Shown: piece after piece, positions 35,951 to 51,400 of the stretch
Layout: every line of letters begins with the position of its first letter
How positions within the stretch are numbered: the first letter of the stretch is position 1
From: Lingula anatina
Lineage: Eukaryota > Animalia > Brachiopoda
Direction: 5' to 3'
Length of the DNA stretch: 64,000 nucleotides
Assembly: GCA_051362555.1 (NCBI GenBank)
Contig: CM120640.1
Coordinates: 7,130,001 to 7,194,000 of the forward strand
Made by a program: the position numbers and the translations under genes
The notes under the pieces: model-generated
Database searches by the model: none
Told to the model about the DNA's origin: nothing
Seen by the model: the letters and a program-made list of their open reading frames with translations, nothing else

Positions 35951-38900
35951 CTGAACGTAAAATACAATGAGAAGGCTAAAAATACGTGGATCTATTAGGC
36001 ATGCGGATTTATAAGTAGGTCTACGTGGGTTTATGTGGACGTTGTATCTTTAGGAACGCAAATATAGGCCTATAGGACGGTGGTAAAAAAATCGGATCTA
36101 TTGGTATTTAAATCTAAGAAGACGTTTTTTCAGTTTTTCCTTTACGTATCTATCGGTAACGGGAGTATAGGGACGTGTAATATTTTGGGACTTAATTTTA
36201 TCCTTACGTCCCCGACCTTATCTTTGGCATTTATTTTACGGCTCCCATTAAAAAAAGGGGCCCGCCCAAAGTCCCCAGCTTGATTTTGAACAGGTATGTA
36301 TTTTCACAGGCATTTGAAGATTAATTGTTGGCCCTAACATTTCATCAACAATCTGCAATATTGAAGCCTTTGGCCCTACATGTACATGTACAGTTTGCCT
36401 GCAGCCAGTAAAATTTTGCTAGGACCAGTAGACCCCCCCCCCCCCCCCCCCCCCCCCCCCCTTAAGTAAAAATCACAGCCTGGAATCTCTCACATTTTAC
36501 ACAAATGTTTGCAAAATTCTGCTTTTGTGTCAATTTCTTGGAAAAGAAATGTTTTCTGAAGACCCAGAATGTGTAAATTTAGTGGTCTGACATGGCCATT
36601 TTATTTTCTCTATAAGGTTTCAAAAGAGCTTTGGGTTTGATTTAATTCTATTTTCTGAAATGTAACTGTTACATGATGATTCTAAATGAGAAGATAAAAA
36701 AATCAAGGGCTTTTTATATCAAGTATTAATGCAAGTAAAATGTCCAGCATTCCTATGATCAAAGAGATACATATAAGATATCTTTAAGGGCGACAACATG
36801 TCCCTTCACCTTATGCCCAGCCAGTATTACGGACCTGTCTGTCCAGTTAAATGCTAAATATTTGTCATGGCAGGTCATTTCTGACTCTGCCCTGTAATTA
36901 CCAAAATGATGCTAGAGATGTTCATTTGAAGTTAACCTAAAATGCCATAAATATATCTGATGCTTATAGGCTAAGTGCCAGAATTTTGGTTAGCAAATAT
37001 GAGAAACTATATCTTTACTTGTTATATTTTATCAGTACAGCTTAAAATCTGATGCTTCATATGAGCGAGGAAAGTTTTTTTTATCATGGTTAAATAATTA
37101 CCATTTTTAAAAACCTTGAAACATTGTTTGCCATTGTATCACCCTGACTTAATGAACAACTGTATCTACATGTAAGCATAGAGTTAAACTAGTTAACAGT
37201 AAGTACCTGATACCATATCTTTATCAATATGCAACATACTTTTAATGGTGAATTGCTTAAACTTTGATCACTGTTTATTAACAGGGAAATATGTAGATTT
37301 CTGCAGCTGTTGTACAATCCTTTCAGATTGCTGCCCTTTTTTCTGTACTTTTCACTGTTTAGAATTCAAATATAAGATTACATTTTTTATTGCGATCTTC
37401 TCACTAGTGAACAGTAAGAAGAACTATATGTCAGTTTGGATCTAGTCTAAATAAAGTAGATTTTAAAATTTAACAAATGCCAAAAAGAATGCTTGAATTC
37501 ACTGATTTAACATTTTGATTAATAAACGTGTATTTTTCAGTTGTTTATTTTTGTATGATATGTATGCATTATTTCAGGCTTTTTGCCAAGCTGGAAAAAT
37601 GTGAAAGAAATTGGCAACCAAGTCTTGGGTCATGGGGACTACCAACAAGCAACCGATCACTATAGCCATGCCATTTTTCTGGCGGAGGTATGTGGTGGTG
37701 CAAGCATTTGGGAACTGTCAGCATTGTACAGCAACAGGTCCCATTCCTTTGCAAAGCTAGGATTCATCGAACAAGCTCTTCAGGATGCTTTCCATTGTAT
37801 TGAAATAAATAGGAATTGGTTTAAGGTAAATTTGCACATATGTTTGCACTTTTTCCAGACATGCCATGTAACATTTTTATTTATGGAGTAGGAAAATTAT
37901 TTATAGTGACTGCATGTGTGACCTTAGTTGATTTGAGTGAAAATGTGTTTTAAAGATCCCCGACAAATATTATATAGGATGGAAGAGTGGCAAATGATTG
38001 TTTTATTTCAACATAATTTTTATGTATTTATTATAATTACATTAGATTTTTATTAAACGCCTTTGCACTAAGAAGTGATATTGTAGATAACAATGTTAAC
38101 CGTCAAGATATGTATAAATGAAATACTTGTATATGCATGGTGTATACATATTTATTCCTGTATGTAAAACCTTGATTGTATATATTTCTTCTGGGTTTGT
38201 ACAGATTGTCATGTATTGTTGGCCAGAGGCCTTACACTACAAATAAATCATCATCATCAAAAGTGAAATTAAAAAATATTTATGAAGGGATACTGGCGAG
38301 CGGGACAGGCTTTGAAACTTTTGCATAAGCCCCAAGAAGCTCTTCAAGTATTTAGCGATGGCTGTGCACTGGTGAATGAAGATGATGGCAAAAACTTTCA
38401 TACTAAAGTTGACTTCATTGTGGAAATAGTATCCTTGTCTCATGAAATTGGAAGTAAGTAGAAAACTAATGCCTTACCAAATCACTGCGAAATAATATTG
38501 TACTAAATGTGGATTGATTTAATATATGTTTGCATCAAATTTGTCTTATGCAAATGGAAGTACTTGATATTAAAATGATGATAAAATCATAATTAAACCA
38601 CTGATTTTATCAAATAGTTTTGCACATAGCAAACTTTGATTATTTTTAAACATAAGTGTATTACAATTATTGTATTTTTCATGTAAGCCAGTAGATACAT
38701 TTCAGCTTCATACCATGATCTCCCCATGCAAAAGTAAAAGAAGCTTATAATAAAAATACAATGTAATACCTCATTTTACTAAAATATGTCATTCAAATTT
38801 CAAGTGACCTCTATATATTGAAAGATTTTGAAAATAATCTACTGGTAATGTGTTGAAAATTTAAAGATTTGTTCATGGTTTAATTCAGGCTGGATGCACC

Positions 38901-41900
38901 TTGCAACACATGTTAGAGCTCGTGATAATGTGTGGTCGCAGCTGCTGTTTTGTATGGCAAAAAAGAAGAAGTGGGAAACACTCTTAATCCTGCTAATGGG
39001 AACTGGAGTCTTCAGAAAAGAATCTGTCATGTTTAATTACCAAGGAAAGTTCCCCAAAATAAGCACTCAAAAGATCTGTCTTACCAACTTAATCAAGGTT
39101 TGTATGGTTTGTTAATGATACAATTATTGAATTCAATTATACCCATTTTCTATTTTTCTTTAAATTTTATTTTATCTTAATTTCTTCATATCCTTTCTTT
39201 TGTAACTATAAATACTTAAATTGTCAGACTGAGTTGAATTATATTTACAGTACTGTGCATCTCAAGCAGACCCTAGTTTTGTGCATCTTGCAATCAATCT
39301 TCTGCAACATGGATCCAAAGAAACAGATATAACATTAGAGACGGGGGACACTCCATTCCATGCAGCTCTTACAATTGCAGTGAGAACCTGTGAGTTCTAC
39401 TAATTATTATAATAGGAGTTTGGTCAACTTGTTACCTTTAATCTCTGTAAGAATATGTGATAAATATGAACCTTTTGAAGGAGTTAGTTTTATCTGTTTA
39501 GTATTACACTGTAGTTTGAAGTTCTGGTGATGTTTATGTACCATTAAAGGTTGTTTCTACCACTAAATTGTTTACTTAACATGGATATGATTTAAATGGA
39601 TAGATTTTCAGTTAATTTACATGTATTGATTTATTTAGAACAAGTAAAATAATATTGGTGATATTTCATGTGTCAGTGAGGCACTTAAAAGATTTTTACT
39701 AGTAATTGAATATACAAAAAACTTTTTCTAGCAAATACAGACCTTTTGTGGCATTTGGTTAATTCCAACCCAGACAGGGTTAAGGGAGTACAAGATGCCC
39801 GCGGGGATACTCTCCTGCACAAATTGGCCAAAACACTGGCAAGGGAACCTTCTCTTCTCTTTGGGGATGTCACATCTGAACTCATGGAAAAAGTTAGTAT
39901 CACTTCTATAATGTTTTGAAATAATGCTATCTATTAAGACAGTTCCATTGTTGCCGAACCTTGTGGCAAATAAGTAATACAAGTGCATTTAAATAGTTAT
40001 TATTATTGTTATTATTTACATGATATTATTATTATTATTATTATTTGTCATTGTTTGTTTTGTTAAGGGAATATTATTTTGTATTGTGTAAGGTTTTGAG
40101 AGTATACTACCAGTGACCTGTTGTGACGGGTCAATGATTTAGGGAGTAACGAGCAGATCATACTGGAGTGGGATCTTGTGATTTTGTTATGCCCCTATTT
40201 CACACAGACCACGAATCCCACGAATGGCCATGAATTGACAAATTTCAGGATTCGTGATTGAATCGTAATCAGTTCGTGAAGTTCTTAACAGATTCGTATA
40301 TATTCGTAGTCAGTTCTTGCACTTCTTGACCAACAGGAATTGGTGGCAAAAACTTTGATGCCCCTATTTCACACAGATCACGAATCCCACGAATCGCCAG
40401 GAATTGAAAATTTCAGGATTCGTGATTGAATCGTAATCAGTTCGTGAAGTTCTTAACAGATTGGTATATAATCGTAGACAGATCTTGCAATTCTTGATCA
40501 ATCGGGAATTCGTGGCAAAAAATTGAGCTGTTCAAAGTTTTGGCCACGAACTCCAGATTCCAAAAAATCGTAGTGAATTTCTGGACAATATTCGTGCGAT
40601 TCCAGCCGAATCCCACGAATATTCATAACACTAGCGCATCTGTATCGTAACTGAATCGTAGAGCGTGTCGAATTAGACCAGAAAATTGGCAAAATCTCAC
40701 GATTCCAGCCGAATCCCACGAATATTCGTAACACTATCGTATCTGTATCGTAACTGAATCGTGAGCGTGTCGAATTAGACCAGAAAATTGACAAAATCTC
40801 ACGAATCCTTACGAATCCTGAAATTTGTCAATTCCTGGCGATTCGTAGGATTCGTGGTCTGTGTGAAATAGGGGCCTTAGCAGATATGCCTTTTTTTTGT
40901 GATAGATTATCTCAGAGTTAATATAGCTGCAATCAATTTCACCATACACAAGCAATGCTGTTACTTGTCTTATGTATGATGTGAAAAAAAAAATAAAAGC
41001 TATTGAAACTGAGATGTGAATCCTGAGTTGTTCAACAGCTATTATTATTAAGACACAAAGGAATTATAAAGTTGGTTGGTTTCTATGGGAGTTAAAGAAA
41101 GTATGAAGGACTAGACATGAAGGACTACATGGCTTTTATTGTTCCTGTATTTTTAATTGTTGATTTTAACCCATGGACATTTGCAGTGATTGATATATTT
41201 TTTTTGTTTAAGAAAGCTAAGGTGAGCTTAAGGTTATATTCTCAACCAAGGTCACAGCAGAGAGTTGAACTGGGCTACTCTGGAAAATAATGAGTACTAA
41301 TTACTTCTATATAATCTATATATTCTACTTCATTACTTCTATATAATCATAATTAATTCATTTTGTTACTGTGAATTATATTAACGCAGGCGAGTACAAA
41401 ATGCTGTGGCGACGTGCCGCCTGCTTTTAATTTATTTATAATGTATATCTTTATTGTAGAAATAAATCTGATAAAAAAGGTGAGCTTGTCAGTTCCATGG
41501 GCATAAAATTGTTACAGGTACCAAAGAAATTTGATGTGGAATGCAAATACTAAAACTAGACATGGTTCATGTACTGGTAACCATTCCACAAAACCAGTGC
41601 TTGGTTTACAATAGAAGAATTCATTTTTTATAAATAGTATTCAAAGTATTTAAAATAATGAAATCCATTTATTATTGAACAATACTTTAACCTATGATTA
41701 AAAAAACTGATTCGGAAGGAAATTTTAAATTGTGAGAAAAAAGTTACTTTTCTATCATCTGACACATTCATTTCATTTGCGAATATAGAAATTACTTTTA
41801 AAAATTACTGTTTGATTAATTTTTATTCGAAATTTCAGGTAGATCCCAACATTAGAAATAAAGAGGGAAAGCTTGCCATAGAGTACTTACCAAAGGGGAT

Positions 41901-42373
41901 TGCATTGTATGGTGAGCTAGACAAGAGAATGAGACAGAGCACATCAAATGGTAAGAGAATTAATAATAATACACGGTATGTATGAAAGTCTGATGAAACT
42001 TGTAAACACTTCTGTGTTTGAATTTTAATTTCAAAACAGCAAGATACCTTCAAAAGATACCTGTAACAGAAATGTGACACCAAGATGGCGTGTAGTCATA
42101 ATGTGTCTTTATTACATGTACTTAAAGCAAATGGAGAATATATATAACAACATTATAATACATCTTCCTTTTTTGGTAAACAAAAATTCTTATAAACTTT
42201 CTTATGCTTTAACATACATTGTTTGTTTTCTTTACCATAAACATGATCTGAACAAAAACAACACTCTTTCCCACTTCTTGTACCATTTAACAATGTCACA
42301 AAAATGGGTAATACATATAACGACATTATGAACACGACATTATGAATACGACATTCGCGAACACAGAAAAAAA

Positions 42374-42407
<34 letters not shown>

Positions 42408-45400
42408 TACTGGTATATATAATTGGTCTATTTAAACTGCTGAGTTTTACTGTATAGAAAATGTAGACTGTATTTGTATTAAATTCTCCTTCTGTGTAGG
42501 AACTGAGCAGCCAGTAGACCTGTTCCTAAGGGGAAAGGAGTGCCTTGCCCAGTTGAAGTTTGAAGAAGCACTTGGATCACTCTGTAAATTCTTAGAGGCA
42601 AACAGCAGTGCTTCAAAACTGAATGCTAAGGCATCACAGGCATTAGATATTGTTGTGGACAAAATTGTTCCTACTTTTAAAGGTAAGTGGACACAGGAGA
42701 GATTTTATGCATTTTGCAATATTTTGTTGGCATTAATTATCTTAAGCCACATATATAGGTTAATGGAAATTTAAACAATAATCTGGAATTGTTTTTTTCT
42801 TTTGTTGTTATCTGCTGCTTTTCACTGCAATTGGTTTGGCCAATTATATTTTGACTGTGCAAGAAAACTGACTAATTGTCTAATTTGTAGTCAAATTTCA
42901 TCACATGTCAAATGGCTTTATTTTTATTTTTTAGAGATCCCATCCAGAATCTCCTGCAAGTTACCAGACAAGATATGGACACAGGCCATAAAAAAGCTGT
43001 CCAAGAGAGAAAAATGGCAAACAGTTCAGAAGTTGCTGCTTGGAGGAGGCAATGGTCATGAGAAAGGTCAAGGTGGTCTTGCAGACAACTGCAGCACTGC
43101 AGAAATCTCCATTGTGCATTTCCTCAGAGTCCATGATGAAAGAGATGTCAGTGTGCACAAATATGATCTGGTAACTGCTCTCCTCAAGGTAGGTGACATT
43201 GGACTATATATATTCAGAAACCACACACAAAATCCTTTTGTCAACTGTACATTATACTAGAAAAATGTGCCCTTTCCCATACAAGCATGGAAGTGGCCGA
43301 GTTTAGGTTAATAATAGTAATATCATGAGCGTTTTTCTATTGAGCCATGTCTGAAAGGTACTTTTTTGCATCAGTGCTGTTGAACACCAGTTTTACTAGC
43401 TGTTACAGTAGCATTATCAACCTTTGTAATACAGTATTTCAGAACTTGTCATAAAACTACATGAAACAGGCCCGTAGCCAGCAATTTCAAATGGGGGGTT
43501 CCTTTTCTGAAAAAGTGGACCTTTTACCATAAAACCTTCATGTACAGAGATCAAATTTTATCCAAAATGGACCTTTTCCCAGCAAAAAGGGCGGTTCTTT
43601 CCCCCCCCCCTCCCCCCAAACCCCTCCCCCCCCCCCGCCTCCCCCCCCCCCCCCCCTGGCGACAGGCCTGTGAAATCTTTGCAATCTTTTATGGAACTAA
43701 ATCAACATGCATTTTTAAAGATACATACAAAGTCAATTTTTGTCACAAAAACCAACCAAATGCCAGTATATAGTTTCAAGTAGTATAACTAAGAGAATTA
43801 CCAAAAGGCATTGTTTAATTTTACCCGAAAATGATGTTTGAACAGATTTTCCTGCTGGCATTCTAAGCTGTATGTCAATGGGGCAGGAAAGTAGGTCACG
43901 GAAGTAGGTTAAATTTACAACCATAAATTTAAAGAAAGGAGCAGTCTAAAGGTCTTTTATGGCTGATCGAGTGATCTATTCATTTTATCCATTGGCATGT
44001 CAAATTTATTTGAGTCATATAAGAATCTAGTAGAAGTGGTTTACATGTGTTACTGGGAACCCACGCTCCACCGATGCTCGGTTCGTATGTACCTTTAAGC
44101 ACGAATTTGTTTTTATCAACACCTGGTATTTATATTCTGAAAATATTCTACATTTGTATGATAATTGTTATATATGACAGCAGTTTGTTGCATGCAGGGT
44201 CTCATAATATTTTATGCAGGCAATTTTCAAACCCAAATGTGCTTTGTTTATAATTTGAACTAGTGTGAAAGAAATTGAAATGTAACTCAAATAGACCTCA
44301 ACAAAACCATACAAAAGGAAATTGCCATATAGTAAATAGTACAAAGGTAATGTTTTAAACTGTCATGCTGGTTTTTTTAAGCCCACCAAATTGTCCTTCA
44401 TCTTTTTGTAAATCCCATGGCTATATCAGGAGGGATTCAGTTAGGGTCTCCATGTGTTTCAGTATTGCTGTATCACTATGTTTGTATGATACAGCTGCCT
44501 GTGTACCCTTGGATTACATGTACCCCCATATCTCTGCATTTGAGTATTGATGTTGCCATGCATTTTTAGAATGTTTGTTTAAAGTTATGATTATGAGTAA
44601 AAACATATTTTCTTTTTTGTGTTGTATCAGTATGTGTAGCATGTTGACATCATGTTGTTTGAGATTTTATGGCCAGCCAACTGACCTTCAAAATGGACAG
44701 ATTTTATTAAAAATTTCAGATGTTTCTTTTTTTATGTTTTAATTTTCATTATCCTTAAAGCATGGGTGTTCACCAGATGGTGTTGGTAGTGATAAAATAA
44801 AACCATTAAGCCATAGCCTTCAGAGTGAGGACATGAAAATGGTGATGCTGCTGCTCAGGGAAGGAGCAGACCCTACCCCCCTCTCTCTCTCCAGCAATGA
44901 CACACCCCTGCATGTAGCTCTCTCCATTGGAATGAAAGCTAAAGGTACATGTTTATTTGTTTGTTCTAGTTGTCAGCAATTGGGCTTTACAGCTTTTACT
45001 TTTTGTTGTTTGCTTTAGATTTTTATATTTCATCTTTGGGTTAACATTGTGGACTGACTTGCAGAACAAAGCTACCATATTACAGCTGCCTCAAAACAAT
45101 TTTATAGTATGTCTAGAGTTGTAACTAAAACCAATTTAAAGCCCAGTTGAAATTGCATGGTTTGGCTTTTAATAGTTCTGTTTGACAGTGTTCACAATCA
45201 TGCCAGATTAGATAAACGACATGCTTTGTTTCATTTCCCCAGCATGTTGACAACCGATGCATAAACAAAAACTGCACTTTCACCGTGGGTAAAGTACACA
45301 TGGCCAAAAATGTACACATTATCATTTTAGGTGATTTCTCCTTGTTGGAACAGTTGTTTAAACTTTACTCTACATGCCCAGAAAAGTATCCAATGCTGGA

Positions 45401-48400
45401 GCCTTCCTCTGTAGATGGCACTGGAAACAACACCTTGTTCCATGTGATAGCAAAGGGCACCTGCTCTCCCCATGCTGTGAATGCTGCCAGGATTCTGCTT
45501 CAAAACAAGGTCAATCCACTGGTGAGAAACAAGGATGGTTCAACAGCAATGCAGATGTTGAAGAAGGGAAATGACCGAAGGATGCAGTATATGAAACAGG
45601 CAAAACAATTCTACCCAGATTTTTTTCCTCCCATACCAAGCAAAAAGCAACGCAAGCAGAAGGAAAATGAGAAATCAGCTGTTCTCCCTGTTGTTGATGA
45701 AGTTACTGCTAATGAAGCACTTGATACAGCTCAAAAAGATATAACATGCGGACAGGATACAGCTCAGACAGACATAACACCTCATTTATGGAAGACAGAG
45801 GGCACCTCTAGCATTGTTCCAAAGATGAATAAAGAAGACACAAGGAAGAGAATATCTTCTCTCATTTCAGACTTGCCACAAATGGAACCCAAAAGATGGA
45901 AAGATGATTCTGCAAGTATTCTTTTGTCCAGTCCAGCCTCTGTTAAAGATGGACAAGCAAAAGTTGAACAAGATGTCTACAATGAAAACTCTGGTGTAGG
46001 AAAAACAGCAATAATTGAAGAAGATGAAATCCAAAATGACCTTGAGACTGATCTCCAGGAAAATAAATTAGAAGAAGAACCTCAAGATGTTGACCCAAGC
46101 CTATTTGATGACTTGGTATGGGAGGTAGAATGCACAGCCAATCTGTGGAAACTACTGCGGGAGAAGAAGTTGAAAATCGAAACAAAACGAAGAATCATAG
46201 AGAAAATCCAACTCCTTGGCAATGGCCACTGGAGACCAGACCTCTGCAAGAGATTGGAGGGGGCTGCCAAAAATGCTGGAATGAAGTTGTATGAGGCCAA
46301 GCTGACCAAAGGGGCTCGTATTCTCTGGGAACTGGCCATTGCTTTCTCTCCACGTTGCAGTGAGAGTGCTGAGCAGAGACTTGGCATGGAACTTATCAAA
46401 GAAGGGGTGGTTGGGGGGAGAATCTACTCTGAAGTCATCCGAGTGTGGGATGTTGTCTTTGATCATGATAATGTCTCCAGGACAATTGACAGCATTGTGA
46501 CATCTTTCAACAGAGGACAGGAATGTATTATTCAAAAGAAACTCAAAGGCATGGAACGCAAGGACTTCCCTTCAAACAAGTTCACTGAACAGAGAATACC
46601 TATGTATTTCCACGAGGTGGACACAGAGGAGAAGGAGCCACCAAACTCTCAGCCACAAATGCATAAACCAGAATCTTCGACCAAATTCTTTCCACCAGCA
46701 AGTGCCAATGAGACAGAGTACCACATCATGAAATTCTATTCATTCACGTCAGCTCTAGTCAACAATGTTCTTCTCAATCAAGACACCAAAGTAGACTTTC
46801 CTTTCAGGGTAACAGAATTAGAGCATGCCATCATCAACTTGAACCCAAAACCACCACAATCGATCCTTCTACTAGGCAGGAGTGGGACAGGTAAATATTT
46901 GTGTTATTTTAGTTATTCATTCAATTGTATTATGTATGACAAAAATATATGAATGCCTCTGGTTTTATGCATTTCATTTTTGAACAGTATTGAATTTCTA
47001 GGCTTTCTGTTCTAGATGGTCATGTGACCTTTCTGTCAACACCCTATGTATTTTCACAAGAAGATATTCAGTTTTAAAGAGCAGGTATTGACCCGTTTTA
47101 CACTCTAAAATATTGTTATTACCTGATGTAGGAACACTAATTCTGCACAAAAATATTTTTTTCAAAATTTTCTGACATCGTTTTAGTGAATAAATCGATA
47201 AAAAACGCACGCTTTTAGAGCGAATTTGCTGACCTACATAAAAACAAGTCACCGTGACCATATAGCCTGTCACAGGCTGCCACGTATTTGGTAGATCTGG
47301 GGTTGACCTATATAATACACGAGACCCGCTTTCTATGTGAGTCTGGTGCCGCGTTTAAATTGATGTTGTTCTCTATAAAAGCGTCCGTATTGTATCATGG
47401 TTAAAAAGTGTGTTGCCCAAAACTGCTCAAACTCGAAGCATACTGGGCACAGCTTGCATAGGTTTCCGCAAAAACCTAATTTACGTCGCCAATGGGTGAA
47501 ATTTGTGCAAACAAAAAGGAAGAATTTCAATGCACCCTCACCATCGTCTCAGGCCGTTCTTTGTGGGGCACACTTCGAGGAAGATTGCTTCGCATCCCCG
47601 CTTATGACGCGCTGGATTTAAAGACAAAAAGGACGTTGAAGGAAGATTCTGTCCCTACCATTCATGCGACAATGAAACGACCACACACCGGAGAAAGTGA
47701 ACAGTTCGAGAAGATGGTAAAGCGTCGCGTGAAGGTCGTTCAGAAGCTTGAAGTATCCAGGGTAAGTAATGACTTATTCATTTCGTTATATTTTGCCTCC
47801 CAACACTGCATTAACTCATGATATAAATATGATATTCACAATTATTTTGGTTACGTAGATAAGAGTAACGAAAAATGAAAACTGTGCAACTTCCGACCGC
47901 TCATCAATTTTAATTCACAACGGCAAAAGGGGAGTTGTTTATTTTTATATAGTTGTCATTGTAGCTTTCGAAAACTCATATCAGATATATTTCTTATTTA
48001 GTTACTAGATGGATTGGAGACAGGAGAAGCCTCTCAAAATGACATGTCCTGTTTAGAAGAACCACTAGCCAGCACTTCACAGTCCCCACAGTCCCCACCA
48101 TCCCCACCAAGTCAGCTGCCTGAAGTATCAGCTACACGGTCCATTGGAACTCAGTGCTCTGAGAGAAGATTACATTATCGTAGCAAAGGTAAATTGTTCT
48201 TTGTTCATTTATTTATTGTTGGTAGTTATTAAGTTCAAAGTAGTAATTGAGATATGGATGGCATAATGAATCCCACTAGTTACACCAATACATAGTAGGC
48301 AGACAACTTTTTTATTTCTTGCAACCTCGTCAGACCTGGATCCAGAGATATTTTCTGACAGTCTTCCCAATTATCTTTATTGATCTATTCTCTATTTTTG

Positions 48401-51400
48401 ACCGTCTTCCAACAGAAAAAAATTAGATAACCAGAAGACAGCCTAAATTTGCCTCTGCTCTTCCCTTCAAATTTCTTATCAGTTCTGATTTTTTTATATT
48501 TGTTTTTATTTTGGGAGATTGCTTTCAATTAACTGCACATGAATTTGAATGTATTAGGAAATTTCCTGTCTGTAAAGGGTTCATAATCTACAGTAATCCT
48601 CTTACAGCTGTATGTGATAGTCAGAGAAGAAGAGGATTTCCTGATCTTTGTTTACATAAGTGATTACACATTAGATATTTAACCTTTTGTGCTTCCAAGT
48701 TCTTACAATGGTTTCAGGGTTTAAAGGAAATACATTGTCTTTTTAATTCACAGTCTAGCAAGGCAGCAAGTTTGAGAGTCTGTGAATGCTACTCAAATTT
48801 AATATCCAATTTTATTTTCATTTTTTTAAATGTTATGCAGTTTGCAGAAGCATACTGGAGTTTGCATGGTAAATTTTGTACATTAGCAAGAAATATAACT
48901 GATTTTGTGCACTGAGTTTTAATACAGATTTTTGTTGCTCACAAATAAATGTTTTTAAATTACAGAGACCATGACAACAAGAGATAACTTGAAAGATGTT
49001 GGAACTCAGTATGAGTGTTTAGTGTCTCTGTTCAGTATTGTTCAAATGCAATCAACAAATTCATTCCCCTTTTCCAGGTATTACTTGGCTGCTCTTCACT
49101 ACAATGAAAACAGTGAGAGAATGCAAGCAGTAACAGAAAATGGGCAACCAAGATGGTCAATCAGATTTCCAAAGTATAAGAAGGGTGGCTACACAGTTAG
49201 AAAGGAAAAAACACAGCCAACATACAGTATGTTAGCAAAATATTCCAATTCCATTTAGGAATTATCATGCTTTATTTTAACATTTGTCATTTTCATTTTT
49301 GTATAAATTTAGCTTGCAACTTTCTTGGAGATATTTACTAACATTTCAAATTAAAACAATACAAAAATAATAAAATCTGCCCTTCCATTTACAGATTACA
49401 CTGACACGATTCTTCAGAGGCTTCAACAAGAGTTTTCTCATAGCCCTGCTCAGCTTCGAGATTCAATTCAAGAGGTTCACCAGAACCAACCAGACACCCT
49501 CTCAAGTGACATGGATGTTCCCGACAAGAGACAAGCAGTACAGCAACATGTGCACCGCTTTGCTGACCATTAGTGGAATAAATGAACTGTAATGTTTGTT
49601 TAACATAAAGACCTGTGTGATTAGTTGCAAGAGAAATGTAGTGAACTCCAAGTAATGGTCATTATAAGTTTACTTATTCTACCCTTGAAAAATGTTAAAT
49701 GAGCAGCAAAGGTGTCTTGATAATGAGAATATTTCAGCAAGTACTTATTTTGTCAACTCATTTAGTACATGTGAACTTTTGTGTTCAAGAGCAGCCAAAT
49801 TTAAATTTCTTAATTCATAAAAGTACATCTGATACATGCATGTACATAACTTCATAAACATTAAAAAAAGGTGCTTAAATTTACTTTTTCTGTACATATT
49901 TCCAATTGAGCACAAATGAAGACTCTTGTAACATGATGTCCACGATAGGTCAGTAAGAACATTAAACTTCAGGTCATTAAAGGTGCCATGAGTTCTCTTC
50001 TATCTCAAGTTGGGCAATCTGAAACCCGTGTAATGTCCATTGGTTGTAAAAGTGTTTCTTATTTTGCTAACTGCACAAGCAGGCAATGGGACCCTGCGGT
50101 GCTTACCCAAATAGCCCCAGCACCACCGCACCACTTGGCGATAGGCAATGTAACGATACTTTCTGAAAGAATAAACCAGAAAAGCCCATTAAGTTTCATG
50201 ACACTAAATAAAAATAAAGTATTATAGATTTTTGCATTTGAGATAATTTAAAAGCTATCTATAAATTTCAATGGTGTGTAAAAGAAAAAATAATATAGAA
50301 TTTTCAATTCACGCTAATTGTGGTATTATTTCAAAACAAGAATCCTTACTCAGCCTGATTTGCCCCGTGAGATTCAGGAATTGCACCATATTGTTGCCTG
50401 TGATGTAAATATGCAATTTTCAAGGCATATGGATTTAAGCAGCCTTGCCCAAATCCTGGGTGCATGATAATGCAATCAACATCACCCTCCTCCGCCCTGT
50501 TTTTCACCTCTGGAATTTCATGACAGCAGCGACTTTCTGCCTCTGTAGTCATAGCTGAACAATGACCACATTCACACCTGTAAAAAGCAATGACACTGGT
50601 AAATTAAAAAGAAAACATTTACCGATGTATATTCTATTATTTTCATCTTGCCGGAAGCACTTCCTGATCTCCGATCTGGGGACAAGTCCTACACAACATG
50701 GTGTCTGTTGGGGGGTGGGGGGGGGTGTAAACAGAGTGAAGTTTGAGCCACGACGGGGAACGTTGCGGATAAGTGTTTCTAAATATTTACCTATCTAAAA
50801 CTCAAGATACAGCGAGGTTGAAGGCTACTGCTCCTAGTGCAGTAGATAGATATCTAGTCTGTTGAACTACAGATGTAAAACAGAAATTTGGACGAAAAGG
50901 GGACTGCACTCTAAGGGACTGCACTCTTTCTAAATAACTTTGCGTTTCACTTCAATATCATTTAGTTGCCCAATTAAATCTTGTCTGCCTACTATGTATT
51001 GGTGTAACTAGTGGGATTCATTATGCCATCCATATCTCAATTACTACTTTGAACTTAATAAACATTGAATTTTAAAGCACCATGCCGGCACTGAAGAATA
51101 ATAAAAACACTCACCATTCTGTATTCCCGACTCTTTTTGCCTCCGTGTTAACGCTCTCATTCTCGGGGAGAGGCCCAACTCTTTCACGTTTCCTAGGCTC
51201 AAACTGATATCCCTGAACGGAAATAAACGGTACGCTTTCACTGTAACTGCCATCTGAAAGCGTACTTTCCTGAGAAACTGAACCAGCATCCGAATTATCG
51301 TCAGAAATTTCAAATTCTGAATCGCTAGCGCCTGGAAGGGTTTCTATGATGTCCGCCATCTTGGAATCGACGAAGTGTCTACCATTGACGTAAAACGCGT

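Noticed and set aside
36433-36461. Long poly-C runs (also ~35588 and ~43600-43656) as G-quadruplex elements
   Set aside because: They are homopolymer expansions in repeat-derived or copy-specific intronic sequence, and their lengths are prone to sequencing error.
47590-47625. Frameshift in the THAP domain as a programmed frameshift
   Set aside because: No clear slippery heptamer, and the same gene has also lost its catalytic core, so decay is the simpler explanation.
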